DNA from: Asterionella formosa
Taxonomy: Eukaryota
Direction of reading: 5' to 3'
DNA: 36,756 nt
Assembly (NCBI GenBank): GCA_002256025.1
Contig: NKIB01015287.1
Coordinates: 1-36,756, forward strand
The notes beneath the pieces were generated by a model. The model worked only from the letters and a program-made list of their open reading frames with translations. It was not told where the DNA came from and did no database searches. Both the position numbers and the translations under genes were made by a program. This document shows, piece after piece, positions 20,290 to 32,360 of this stretch; the first letter of the stretch is position 1; every line of letters starts with the position of its first letter.

Positions 20290-23200
20290 ATGTCACCCAG
20301 CACGGACGAGTACGACCACGGCGAAGAAGCCGATGCTGAAGCTGGCATAGGAATTGTACAACCCGACTATGAAGTCCTGGCCAAGCGACTTCGTGATTTC
20401 GACGATCACGAAATTGAAGAAGAAGCGAAGCGACGTCGAAAGAGTACGCCTCCGCCAAAAAAGTTGAATAATGAGCAATGGGATTTGATGTTTGATCGGT
20501 TGGTCAAGTACAAGGAGGAGCACGGGGTACGTAGTGTGCCTGCAATGTCGATGGGACCTTAGAGGAGACTATACCGATACTCCATGTCTGTGTGTGCTGT
20601 GTGCATTGACTTAGTTTCGAGAAACCCTTGGTCTAACTCGACACTCGCCTTGACTGCTCTATTCTCTCCAGGATTGCCTCGTTCCCAAACGATATACGCA
20701 AGATCCGAAATTAGGAACATGGGTAGAAACACAGCGCGTGCAGTACAAGAAACTCAGTCGGGAAACAGAGGGGCTGACTTCCAACAATCGCCTCAACACA
20801 GAGCGTCTTCATAGATTGGAAGGCATTGGCTTCTGTTGGTCCGCCAAGAATTTGAGAAAGACCAAGGCTAGCACGACCCCTTTGGAGACTCTGCCAGGTA
20901 TGTATGAATGCAATTTGTTGCTTTTCACGATCACAGTTTTTAAAGCTCACTACTTTCATCATTGTAGTCTATAGCGAAGCAGCAGCATACATCAAGCAAG
21001 ATCCAGAACCCGCTAACCACGAAATTGATTTCCCAGACCCCTTGTCACCTCCACCGAAGCCCGCAGCCAAGCAAGCACGCCAACGACTCAACGACTTGCA
21101 ATGGAACGAAATGTATCAACGTCTAGAGGACTACAAAGAAAAGTACGGCGACACGTTGGTTCCCAAAAGATTCGAGTATGATACTAGATTGGCGACTTGG
21201 GTAGAGACACAGCGGATCTTGTACAGTCGAGAACAGAAGGACGAAGGATGGGACGCTGTCGCAACACCAGAAGATGCAGCTGAAGTGGCGGCCACCATGG
21301 GGGAAGCGAATATGGACGTAGTGGATCACTTGGTTGGGAATGCAGAGGAAGATGAATACGGTGATTCGGAGTTGGACGATGAGACCAAGCTTCCAATCAA
21401 GAGATTGACAGAGGACCGTAAACTTAGGTTGGATCAACTTGGCTTCGTGTGGTCCCTCAGGTCGAAACGTGTGGACGATCATTGGGATGACATGTATCGT
21501 CAACTGTGTGAGTACAAGGATACGTTTGGCGATTGCTTGGTGCCATCCAGGTACGAGGCGAATATGAAACTAGGCAAGTGGGTCGAGACTCAGAGGTATG
21601 AATACACAAAATTGCATCGGGCATCCATGGATCAAGTGCCCGATGATTCCAAGAAAGCGACAAACCCCAGATTGACGGATGAAAGAAGACGTCGCTTGCA
21701 AGATATTGGGTTCGAATGGAAAGTCAAGCACAAGATGAAGCGGTATTATGATCGTCAGTGGGAAGCTGTGTTTGACAAGCTAATGAAATTCAAGGAGGAT
21801 AATGGACACTGGTGAGTTTGTGTTTTTGCCGTGTCATCCTCGTATTGATTGCTGTTGTAACTTATTTTGACGTTTCTTCGGTTCAAAAGTCTCGTTCCCA
21901 AGCGTTACCCACCCGACCCCAAACTTGGCACGTGGGTGCACACTCAGCGAATTCAGTTTCGCAAACTAGTACAAGGATCTTCCAAGAAAGACGACGAGGA
22001 CGACAATCTCGTTGAAGAATCCAAAGACGATGAGAACAAAGACGACGAGCAATCTTATCGTCTCACAGAAGATCGTCGCCGGCGACTGGAAGAAGCCGGC
22101 TTTGTCTGGTCGGCCCGAGAAAACGAAAAGTTTGCTGTTGAGCCCAGTCGCATCACTCGTAACTCCTACGATGACCAGTGGGATTCCATGTTTGATCGCC
22201 TTGTTATGTACAAGGACAAACATGGTGACTGCTTGGTACCAAAGAGATGCAAGGAAGACCAAAAGTTGGGAACCTGGGTCGATACTCAGAGGGTGCAGTA
22301 TAAAAGGATGCGAAAACGTTTGGCGAAGGAAGGAATTCCATACTTGGGACCTCATTCAATAGATTGCGATGATGATCCCGCTTCTACGACTTCGCGTAAG
22401 CCTCTTATTGGGAGGTTGACTGATGATCGGGTTGGCCGTTTGGAATCGTTGGGTTTTATTTGGTCGCTTCGAGATGACTGGCAGAAACACTATTTACAAC
22501 TTACAGAATACAAAAAGGAGTATGGTCATTGGTGAGTCTTGCATCATTACATGTGTTTTACTGCTTAGTTATTTTCTCGCCCGCGCCCCATTGCTGCAGT
22601 ACTCATCAGTGTTGATTTTGGTTTGTTCCAGCAATGTTCCTGCTCGTTATGCAAAGAACCGTCGTCTTGGAATTTGGGTTTCGGCTCAGCGCCAACAGTA
22701 CAAAGCCACCATAGCGAATCAATTTTTAGAAGATGACGACAAGCGCAGAGGTGCAGTTCCACTAACGCAAGATCGAATCGACTTATTGAACGACCTAGGC
22801 TTTACATGGACTATCCGTTCCCGTGATAGCATGGGAGAATCCTGGAACCAACGTTTTGAAGAGCTCAAGCAGTTCAAGGAGGAGTTCGGCAATTGCCATG
22901 TTCCAACCCGCTACCTGCCAAACCCTGAACTTGGCATTTGGGTTGGCACTCAGCGGTATGTTATTTTCATTCGAAGCGCCGATTCGGTTTGTTTTCATTA
23001 TCTATATTGAACGCGAACACTAACTTCTTGTGTCTTCATGTGTCCAACAGAACTCAATACCGTCTCTTTCTTGAACAAAAAGGGATTGAGGGTGCCGGCA
23101 CTCGCGGCTTGCAAGTAACGTCGATGAATGATACACGTGTACGTCAGTTGGAAGAGCTGGGTTTTGCTTGGGCATTTCGCGCTGGACAAGATTCCAATTG

Positions 23201-23633
23201 GCGAAAACGCTTCCTTGAACTGCTTGACTTTCGCGATCTGCACCAACATACTCAAGTACCTCGGATGTACGCTGCTAATCCCCGACTCGGAGAGTGGGCA
23301 GCGTTTCAACGGGAGCAGTATCAAATGCGAGCCGAAGGCCAAGAGTCGTCACTTGATGACGACAAGCTCATCGAGTTGAGTGAAATTGGATTTTCTTGGG
23401 AGGAACCAAGTATAGAGATTTCCGCTGAGGTCGATCGTGTTGCTACCGAAGCCCAAGTTCACATTCCCATAGACTATGACGACGAAGAAGGAGCTCAGAT
23501 TGTGGCTGTTGATGATATTGAGCAATACGTTTCAATGGGTCATCATCAACCAATCGACTCTTTGGCGGCCAACCATGGTGATATTGAAAGTATGCCGGAG
23601 GCTTCGAATGTTCAAGATGGCCATGGAATCTAA
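20290..23633 (+). CDS. Helicase-associated (HA) domain tandem-repeat protein with 8 HA repeats and no helicase core (6 exons)
   Basis: Exons 20290..20526, 20672..20897, 20968..21811, 21890..22531, 22632..22955 and 23051..23633. All introns are GT-AG with consistent phases. Each repeat follows W..M(F/Y)..L..YK...G.CLVP..Y..D.KLG.WV.TQR...R...L..LGF.W. Confidence 0.9.
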
Positions 23634-23921
23634 GCCCAACGAGAAAGGAAGTGAGCTGCTTGAAAATCCTCATGTTTGTAATCAGCATCGAAGCTATTCT
23701 AGTGACTTTTCAGATGGATTTGTAACAACACAACGTCACTGGTAGCCGTTTGCTCTTCGTAAAATAGTCTAGGAAACTGATAATATTTGCCATTGGCTGA
23801 ACAAGTTCGCTCTATAAGGCTCCTTTTTGAGCTGGCGATAACGCGTTTCTGAACTCTATTTGCAAACGAGCCGAAGCCATTGTATATCATGGGTTACTAG
23901 TAAAGAACAACGTGTGATTCT

Positions 23922-24790
23922 TTAAGGTTCTTTCATCCAGTCATCATTGTCCCAAACAGGATGATTCAAAATTTCCTTGAGCAACGAAGTTCCTCGCAAT
24001 GCCGACGTTAGAGGCAAATGACCTTCCGGTGCCTTCTTGACGTCGTAAATAAACTCAGAAGCTCCAAACCAACGCTTCTTTCGTTCGACTTCACCGTCTG
24101 TTGCTGTCCATCCAACCTTGCTGCAAAACGCCTCAAAGTTCCCCTTGGCCTTTCTCCACTTGGTCTGAAATTCGAAAACGAAGGATCAATGTGAGAATCA
24201 AGTCATGCTAGTCATCCAGAGATTCAAAATCAACAGCATCATCACCATAAGCAACATACCTTTTGCACGGAGTATCCAAATTTGCCTTTGGAGAATTTGT
24301 TCCAAAGGCGTTCAATTGTAGCCAAGTCGGTCGAAGGAATGCGCTTGACTTCGGTAAAGTACACAAAGTTACGTCCAGCTTTTTTGCTGCCGGCCAAAAC
24401 AATCAATGCGTCACGAGTGAACTTTTCGTGTAGACAAGGGTGGAATTCAAAGTTGTCCGTGAGAATCAGACTATTTGACATTGTGAACATGTCGGGCTGT
24501 ATTGATGTAAACAATTAATTTCCTGCAGAGAAACTCACCTGGTCAGCCTCAGCCAGTTGTCCTGTTGCCAGCATGGTTGCTAAAGGAACATAGTCCATGC
24601 CGACCTCGGAGGGAAGGTTGGTGGGAATGATGACATCCTCGACGTCGGTCGCCTCTGAAGTCGGAGGAGGGACGCCACTGTCGGCCATTGTGGAAAATAT
24701 TGCCACATTGCTTGTTCGTCGTGAGGAAGAAGCAGCACTGAAGGCACTGACAGACGCAACAGTGAGGGAAAGGATCAACGAAAGACGCAT
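23922..24790 (-). CDS. GUN4: GUN4 porphyrin-binding Mg-chelatase activator, plastid-targeted (3 exons)
   Basis: Exons 24790..24539, 24421..24260 and 24164..23922, joined by phase-0 GT-AG introns. Motifs DYVPLATML..EADQ|FTRDAL, DLATIERLWNKFSKGKFGYSVQK and APEGHLPLT. Signal peptide + VSA-FSA. Confidence 0.93.
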
Positions 24791-25500
24791 GGTAGACTAT
24801 AATTCAAAAGAAGGGGTATCAAGGGCAACTGTGTCCCATTATTGCTTCCGCTCGTCGAGAAGAAAGGAGAATCAAAAGCAAAGCCTGGATGAATGAGAAA
24901 GCTTCATAAGCCTAACCAACTTATGGTATGCCCATCACCGTTGTAGATGGGATACTGAGCGATAAACGACACAAACCGCAGAGGAGTACTTCAACATGCT
25001 ACATCTGCATCGTACCGCTACCCCGTATGTAAGTATAGTAAAAGTTGGTATTGACTTGCCGTAGAGGCTCCATGTGGAACTATCGTTCATTTCTTTTATT
25101 ATAAAAAAATATGCTGGTACAGGTAAGCAATTTCGCACATGCATACCGGTATATCATGTGGTTTGCATATCTCCGGGTACTATGAATAACTGCATCTGAA
25201 ATACCTGGAAGGTCGGTCCGGTACCTGGTACCAGGTAGCACACATTTTATGCGAAACCTTTTCAATTTCGAATCACTCCCTATGATTTGTCTCATGCCTG
25301 CCTGCCATACAAGATAGGCCAGCTTTCGATGGAAATTATATTCCTTAAGTAATTTATGAAAATGTAACTCTTATTGACTGATGACGAGTTGCAGGATCAG
25401 TCTCTGAACACAACTTGGATTTGCTAACTGATGAACTTGCTTGTTCAGCAAACTGTCTTCTAGCATTGGAAGACAAATAGGAATCATCGCTTTCTACATT

Positions 25501-25589
25501 TAGAACTTGCTGACAATAACTATAATTTGCTGACTACGAATTGAATATGCTGACAATGATTAGAGCTTGCTGACAACGACTAGAACTTG
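25501..25589 (+). repeat. 20-bp tandem repeat (TTGCTGACAACGACTAGAAW), about 4 copies
   Basis: Period-20 array visible directly in the sequence, inside T1 copy A. Confidence 0.85.
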
Positions 25590-26400
25590 TGGATACAACA
25601 AGATTTTCTGAATGATCCTTATGCCTATGAAGTGGCATTACATGAACAGACACAACCACTACCCCTGATAGCCTTGCCAATACTATGAACATAAATAATG
25701 CTGTATCTACCAAATACCGGTACATGGTGACAGTCATTATCACACTTGATGCAACAGCCTACCAGGGTATCAGGTGTGTACCACCACTATATTTGCAATA
25801 TCACACATATCACATGCATATCACATATACTACTATGGCTACATAGGAAATATGATCAGGGTACCCAAGATAGCCCTTGTTGTAGATGCTAGTATTTAAT
25901 TATTTAGCTTAGATGTTGAGATTTGTTTCCATGTACAAGCAAAACGCTACAGTGTAGTTCTTGTGAGCGGCTCCTGGTGAATCCTGCATAATGCCATCTC
26001 CACCTTGACCATGATGAAAATAGCGAATTTCTCCACGAAAAATGAGAATGATTCTTAGGTATTGGGTACATATATCTAAAACGACATAGATAATACAATT
26101 GTAAAAAATAATTGTAGAAACACTACTATTGGCAACGAAAATTGAAGTTGCCGATGGTTCATTTCTTCATGGTGCTGTACTTGAGATGATGCATGCACAA
26201 TTCAAAACGACGAAGTTACAACGAGATTTAACACTTTCACAGTATGCAAAACTCTGCACTTCGGCAATCTGTAGCTAGATCGAACCAATTTTCGTTTGAT
26301 TCTCTATATAAACCATATCAATTAATAGTGCATTGACATTTTCAAAATTACACTTTGTTCATGATTACTGATCCACCACCAGTTGGTGACTATGATGTAC

Positions 26401-26497
26401 AACTAGAAATCTGCTGACAAAGATTAGAAATTGCTGAAAACGACTAGAATTTGCTGACTATGACTAGAAATTGCTGTCTACGACTAGAATTTACTGA
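26401..26497 (+). repeat. Second array of the same 20-bp repeat, about 5 copies
   Basis: CTGCTGACAAAGATTAGAAA / TTGCTGAAAACGACTAGAAT / TTGCTGACTATGACTAGAAA / TTGCTGTCTACGACTAGAAT. Confidence 0.85.
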
Positions 26498-27536
26498 TTG
26501 GTGAATTCCATTTGTAAACCGACTTCCAGTTGCTGAATACCATTACCAGTGGTAGTACTACCGGTAGGTGAACACAATTTCGATGATCAGAGCACGACTT
26601 GGATTTAATGATTGATAATTTAACATGACAAAAGTACACTTAAGATAGTTTGCAATGGAAAACCAGCCTATCTCGTCTTGTAGGCATGGGATGAGTCATT
26701 GGGAGTGAGTCGAAACTGAATAAATGCGCATAAAACCTGCGCTACCAGGCCTTCCTGGGGGCACACACTGAGTACCACTAAGGTAGTAGGGCAAAAGAGT
26801 AAGGACATCATTACCAGGGTACGGTTTACTGTACTAAGGAGTGACTGGAGTTGGACTCCAACTACCAGATAATATAGTGCTGTGTGTACACCTGGGAATG
26901 CCCAGAACTAGCTATCATACATTTCTTGTCCCAACATAACTGATGGGCAATGCCCACCACAAATAGCTTGGCTCTTCCTTTTATTGTTGCCCCATGTGTG
27001 ATGAAGTAACTCTTGAGTTCCTTAAGGTTGCTGCATTTGAACTCCTAGCTTGAACTAGGGTCAACAATATAATACTAACTAATCAAAACTTTACTTTTCA
27101 AGTAAAAAAGAAATATTCATATCGCTACTTCTTGGAGCTGTCACCATACTAGGACACTCTTTCCATATGCGTGGATACAGTCATTGGCCAAAGTATAGGG
27201 TAGGACAACTCTATACATTGTCAATATAGGATCTGGCAAGAAAGTGCAGAAGGGAATCTGGCTATTTCCAATGCTGAAAATACTTGTTGAATTTACTAGC
27301 CAGGCCAAATGGTATATTTGGCATAGTAAAAAACTGGGAAGTTCCTGTCTGCGCTCACCCGCCAAAAGTCTCTACATATAATAGTAAGTACGGAGTAACA
27401 AATACTCCAGTTCCACCTGTACGTAGATGACCATCAGGAAGCATTCATTCTACCAGGGTACTGGTACCTGGTACCTGGTCTTGCCTCATGATGGGAGCTA
27501 TGTGATTTGCTTCTGAGAAATGAGGATTGAGCTGCG

Positions 27537-28523
27537 ATGAGCAGCATCAAGGTCGTATTAGCAGCGTTCTCTCTGCTGCTTTCGAGTGCCCATTCCTTTG
27601 CAATATACAATCTACAGCAGAGATTCGCGGCTCAACCTCAGTCGGCACATTTCGCGACTGCTGATAACGCACAAGATTCAAAAATCGCTGTCCTGCTGTG
27701 TCCGGCCCAGTTTTGCGTTCCCGTAGACTATGCAGATCTGCTGGTGGCGCTGAAGGCAACCAATCCGAATATTGGCAGTTGCAAGGTTGCTCCATTGACG
27801 CGTAACAAATGGATCGAGGTTGCCAAGTCTCTACCCTCGAAAGCCTATTTGGATGGCGCCCTGCCAGTCTATTCGACGCTGAGCTGGTATTTCGACGCGA
27901 TAGAAACCGCGTTGTACGAAATTTACGCGGAGCGAGGGCCCAATGTGAATGTGTGCTTGATTGGACATTCTATTGGAGGATGGATTGCCCGTGCCTACCT
28001 TGGCGGCTTGAGTCGATCGTCGTCGGCGGTTTATAGATTGACACTTGAGCGCTGTACTTCTTTTGTTACCCTGGGAACACCACACAGTTCTCCAGCCACT
28101 GCATTAGTTGATCAGACTCGAGGATTGTTAAAGGAAGTGGAAGCCACATTTGCGTGCTCCTCCCAAGGCTTGATGGATCAGGGAATCCAAGTCACATGTG
28201 TTGGCTCCAGTGCACTGGAAGGAATCTTGATTAGCACAAACATCGAGGAGCTCGTTGCCGCCAGTTCCTACTTTCCCTTGACTGGTAAACTAGGCAAGGG
28301 CGATGGCATTGTTCCCATGTCTCTAGCGTTCATGGAGGAACCGGCGCGTCGCGTCGAAGTGGAATCTTGTGATGTTAGCGGTGCATTGGTACGACATGCG
28401 CATGTCTTGCCAACGCCATGGAAACTATTAGATGGATCATCGCCGTCCATTCCTCTGCCAGATGAGTTTGCCTGGTATGGAAGTGAAGGAGTCATAACTA
28501 AGTGGGCAAAATTCATTCAATGA
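27537..28523 (+). CDS. Alpha/beta-hydrolase (lipase/PGAP1-like), probably plastid-targeted
   Basis: Nucleophile elbow LIGHSIGG, plus VTLGTPH and GDGIVP. Signal peptide + AHS-FAI. Confidence 0.85.
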   Translation: MSSIKVVLAAFSLLLSSAHSFAIYNLQQRFAAQPQSAHFATADNAQDSKIAVLLCPAQFCVPVDYADLLVALKATNPNIGSCKVAPLTRNKWIEVAKSLPSKAYLDGALPVYSTLSWYFDAIETALYEIYAERGPNVNVCLIGHSIGGWIARAYLGGLSRSSSAVYRLTLERCTSFVTLGTPHSSPATALVDQTRGLLKEVEATFACSSQGLMDQGIQVTCVGSSALEGILISTNIEELVAASSYFPLTGKLGKGDGIVPMSLAFMEEPARRVEVESCDVSGALVRHAHVLPTPWKLLDGSSPSIPLPDEFAWYGSEGVITKWAKFIQ

Positions 28524-28799
28524 TACGATGCCAGTGAACAGGATGGTGAGCTCGTCAGCAGTTCTTAGGCAGGATATACAGCGGTCAACGCTTCATTAAT
28601 TGGCTAATGGGAAAGAATATCATATGTTTCAAGTAATACAAGAGGGGAAGCGAAACAAGCTTCTCGCCTCATCATGTCGCTCGAGACTTAGCTAGGATGA
28701 ATTAATCATATTCCCTCAACTAGTTGGTCTAGATACTGCGAATTGCCTTCAACATTCTTTACTTGTAACAAGAGAACAGCATCTCACCTACGTTAGTGA

Positions 28800-30575
28800 C
28801 TAGGTAAAAGCAATGCGATTTTCCTTCAACTTGGCCTCCAAGTAATCAATTCGTTTCTTCGCAGCATCCAGTTTCGCAGTAAGTTGTCCAACTGTCTGGA
28901 ATGACTTCTTCTTAGTAGATGTTCCGCCCCGCCTGGCTGGATCAAGAGACATCAAGGCCGGAGCCTTACTCGATCCATTCAACCACTCATCAGCGGAATG
29001 AGCAGGAACATTCCCAGGAGTATCAGGGAAAATGTCGTCTTGAAAGGCATCTGACTTGCGAGGGACAAAGAATCTCAAGGGTTGAACACCTTGATTGTTG
29101 GTCAATTTCAACACGCAAGCAGTTTCGTGCTTCATGACATCTAAGCCTCGCTTGGGGACCAAACATGCTCCCTTTGTCGGGTTCGTTGAACGGAAGCCAT
29201 CATTGAGCTTGAAAAAATAGGGTGCAGTGTCCTCGAACTCGTACACTCTCATAATGCCATCTCCCTTACCACACAAGTACACGACATTTGTGTCATTGTC
29301 ATATAGGGGAATCATGCCACCACTTGCCGTGTCAATAGTTTCTGTATGAACGGGCTTGGACAAATTCTTCAAATCCCAAATCTTAACTTCACGAGAGGAG
29401 ACCTTCGACGAACCAACGGATAGAAATTTGGCCGTCTCTCCCAAAAATTGCAACTTGACAGACTTGTTGCCTTCGTGCGCTTCAAACGAAGTTGCCACAG
29501 TCGAGAGTCGTCCATCCATAATCCGAACAATCTTGTCCTTGCATGACGTCGCATATTGATCACCACAATAATCCCAGACAATGTCTTGTGCCAAATCCGG
29601 CAGGTCATCATACGACGATACCGCTTCTGACTTTTCAATATCCCAAATCTTGACGGTTCCGTCAGCTGCTGTCGATGCCAAGATGTTCGCAGCCGAGGGA
29701 TGGTAACGAACCAACGTGACCTTCTTCTTGTGTCCGAGTAAATCGACGAGGCTTTCTGTAATGTCAGCACCTGGTTTGGCCATACCCGATTCATCTGTAG
29801 GTTCGAAGTCGTCTGGAATGGACCAAATTTTGATGGTTGTATCTTCCGAGGCTGATGCAAACATGCTGTCATCGAAGGGATTGAAGTCCATGTCCAAGAC
29901 AGAGCCAGTGTGTCCCTGCACCAGGGGGCCTTCCTCAAAGCGGCCAGGTCGGTCCAGGCGACCGACCATCATTGGCCCACCTCCTCCTGCCAATGCCACG
30001 ACGAAGTACTTGGCAGATGCTTTGATGTAAGATTGGTCGCCAGTGACGGTGGACAATCGCATTCCAGTGAAGCATTGCTGTGGGAGAGAGCGAGAGGGAC
30101 AAGTGAATAAGCAAGGAATGGCAAGGGTGGGGGAAATAATACAGCTCAAGAATGATCATGTTGCGACGATCAATCATTAGGCTCGGTTCCCCTGGACCAA
30201 TGAATTGCCAGAGATCGTCACCACGGGCCTTTGCCGTGCATCTTCAGTTCCTAGCTGCACAATAAAACAATTGCACAGACCTGTTCAGACAACACCACCT
30301 TCCGCAGTTTGGCAAGATCTCTGAAGCTTAGAAATTTCACGAGCCACTCCAGGGACAGAGAGGTATGGCATCGCAGGCACGTCAATAAGACGCTCGTCAA
30401 GGACACTGACTGACAGTGGCTATAGACAGAAATGGAGGATGCGATGCATTGCGCAGCATTGCTAAGTGGTCACTTTAGTTCCATTGCTTTCCGCACAGGT
30501 TCTCCTTACCTCTGGCTTGGGGGCATCGCAAAACACGTGACGAAACTTGGAGCTTCGAATTTTAAATCCGCTCAT
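28800..30575 (-). CDS. Coronin (actin-binding WD40 protein, 2 exons)
   Basis: Exon 1 30575..30510 encodes MSGFKIRSSKFRHVFCDAPKPE (coronin signature SKFRHV). The phase-0 intron 30509..30078 runs GTAAGG...CACAG. Exon 2 30077..28800 has GHTGSVLDMDFNPF, CGKGDG, VPRKSDAFQDDIFPDT and a C-terminal coiled coil. Confidence 0.95.
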
Positions 30576-31774
30576 GGTGGAGTACAGAACGGACCTTCAA
30601 TGCTGTCGATTGTAATGCTCAAGGGCCGATGGCTAATATTTTATAGTTCTCCAAATATACCGGTATAATTTACATGTTGGCAGAACGACCAATAAATAGG
30701 GACCACTCTCTTGCATGTATGTTTTGATATTTAAAAATATTAAGTATCAGAATATGTATATCATATATGTGCGCGCTGAATATAAAAATAAATCTATAAT
30801 ACCAGGTACCAGGTACCGGTAGTGCACCAAAGTCGCCTGTCGCCGTATGGACCGTAAACCTCTTTATATCTCCACGTACTTCTCGGGTTTTGTAGAGCAC
30901 TATTAGGGATGTAACTACCACCCACCGGTAATAAAAACGGTCGTGGAGATACCGGTGTATTGTGAAATTCTAACCCAGATACGCCAAATATAAGGGGTTA
31001 GGGCTACGTTTCGCGACATCATCCCACACCAAAATAGTATGTAACGGTATATCAACAGAAACCACCTTGGCTTTTACACAAATTTTGCTGCCGAATACAC
31101 CGCACATACAAACACGAATTAAATCACTTACCGGTACTCGAAGTACCAGTAGGTGATGTTTTGAAAGTGGTGAAAACTAGCAGAAATGCCCCATCTAGTG
31201 AATAAGTGAGGTTCATTTCCATAGGGCTGATTTTAAAACAATTCTGATAAAATTTCTGTTTTAGCAAGTTATGACGAAAGACTTCTTAACACAATTTTCT
31301 GTTGGTTCCCTTAGAAGGGCGCCTGTTTTTAGCATGAGTTTCTTGATAATCCATGAATGCATCAACACCACAGGTTTTTTAGTAATTTCCTGCATTTTAA
31401 TTGGATGTTGGTTTGTTGCTCCCAACAGTCCAACATTATTCTGTGATACGTGGCAGCAGCATCAAAATGCGTGATGTACATATCCATTGTTAAAAGCGTT
31501 CATTATTTCAAGAGACATTTTCCAATGGACAACTTCAACCAGCAATGAGACTCCTTGTATTATTGGCGGGACATGCTGGTCTTGTCACCATTACAGCTAA
31601 AAAAGCCTGTGAGTAAAAACCAGTATGATCTTATGTTTTATTTAGCAGATGCTCGAAAAGTTACTGACTAAGCTAAATTTTTGTTAGACCAACAAGAATA
31701 ATTATGATATACCAAAACCGCTTTCTATTTGAGGATTAACTTAATATTTGTCTCAGGATATGACTACCATATAA

Positions 31775-31845
31775 TTCATTGTCCTGGATCCTCCAATGTA
31801 CACTGCCATGACTGATTTTACTTAAGATGGGTCCAGGACAATGAA
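31775..31845. repeat. Short hairpin with 17-bp arms
   Basis: TTCATTGTCCTGGATCC ... GGGTCCAGGACAATGAA (1 mismatch), with a 37-nt spacer. Confidence 0.7.
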
Positions 31846-31996
31846 GAGAGTTCCTTTATACTGGACCAAAGTAAATTTCATTAGTTCTACAGTATAGCGC
31901 ACATTTTTCTAAGATATATTAATGAGAGAATTATTTCCGTGATTTGAAAAATGAGAGAGTTTTTCACCTCGCAAGAAAAACACGACTTCATGTTGT

Positions 31997-32358
31997 TATC
32001 GGCGATCTCAATTTTCGTTGTCATTATTAGTGTTGTTACTTTACTTCTATTACGATAGTATTTTCAATGTCGTTCTAAATACAGGTAGCAACTAGCAAAG
32101 CGTCGTTCTCTACTTTCGTTGAGATAATTCGTATTTTCGTCATGGTCAAGGTTACGACAACATGATGAAGGATTCTCCAGCTGCTCACAGCCACTCCCTG
32201 CCTTCTCTTGTGTTTTGTATGTACTAATGAATCGCAACATGATAGTTAAAAAATTATATACTACTAGTGCCTACTAGCACCGAAAGAATTATAGTAGCAC
32301 GTTACATTTTCTATGACAAGAATATTATTGTGTGTTTGGCTCCACCTCGAGAAAAATG
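31997..32358 (-). repeat. Inverted, diverged copy of the T1 internal module
   Basis: The reverse complement reads ...TAGTATATAATTTTTTAACTATCATGTTGCGATT...GGAGAATCCTTCATCATG...CCTTGACCATGACGAAAAT...AACACTAATAATGACAACGAAAATTGA, matching about 33200..33453 and about 25890..26155. Confidence 0.8.
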
Positions 32359-32360
32359 TA

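Larger units (their letters stand above)
25204..26758. mobile_element. Non-autonomous DNA transposon with ~110-130-bp imperfect TIRs, family T1 copy A
   Basis: Left end GGTAGCACACATTTTATGCG...CACTCCCTATGA...CATGCCTGCC...AGATAGGCCAG pairs with right end CAGCCTATCT...GGCATG...TGGGAGTG...CGCATAAAACCTGCGCTACC. It is colinear with the copy at 32498..33656. No TSD or transposase ORF was seen. Confidence 0.85.

Noticed and set aside
25501..25589. 20-bp arrays as a CRISPR array
   Set aside because: They are head-to-tail degenerate repeats without unique spacers, there are no cas genes, and the context is eukaryotic.
26760..27420. CpG-poor stretch, possibly a retroelement relic
   Set aside because: No recognisable protein motif in the frames I translated.
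30078..30149. N-terminal extension MSCIISPT... of the coronin ORF
   Set aside because: It is intron read-through; the real exon 1 with SKFRHV is at 30575..30510.
30955..31020. CTAACCC / GGGTTAGGG as telomeric repeat
   Set aside because: These are only single units forming a small inverted pair, not a tandem array.
31200..31700. Possible minus-strand pseudo-exon
   Set aside because: It has multiple stops and no identifiable homology.
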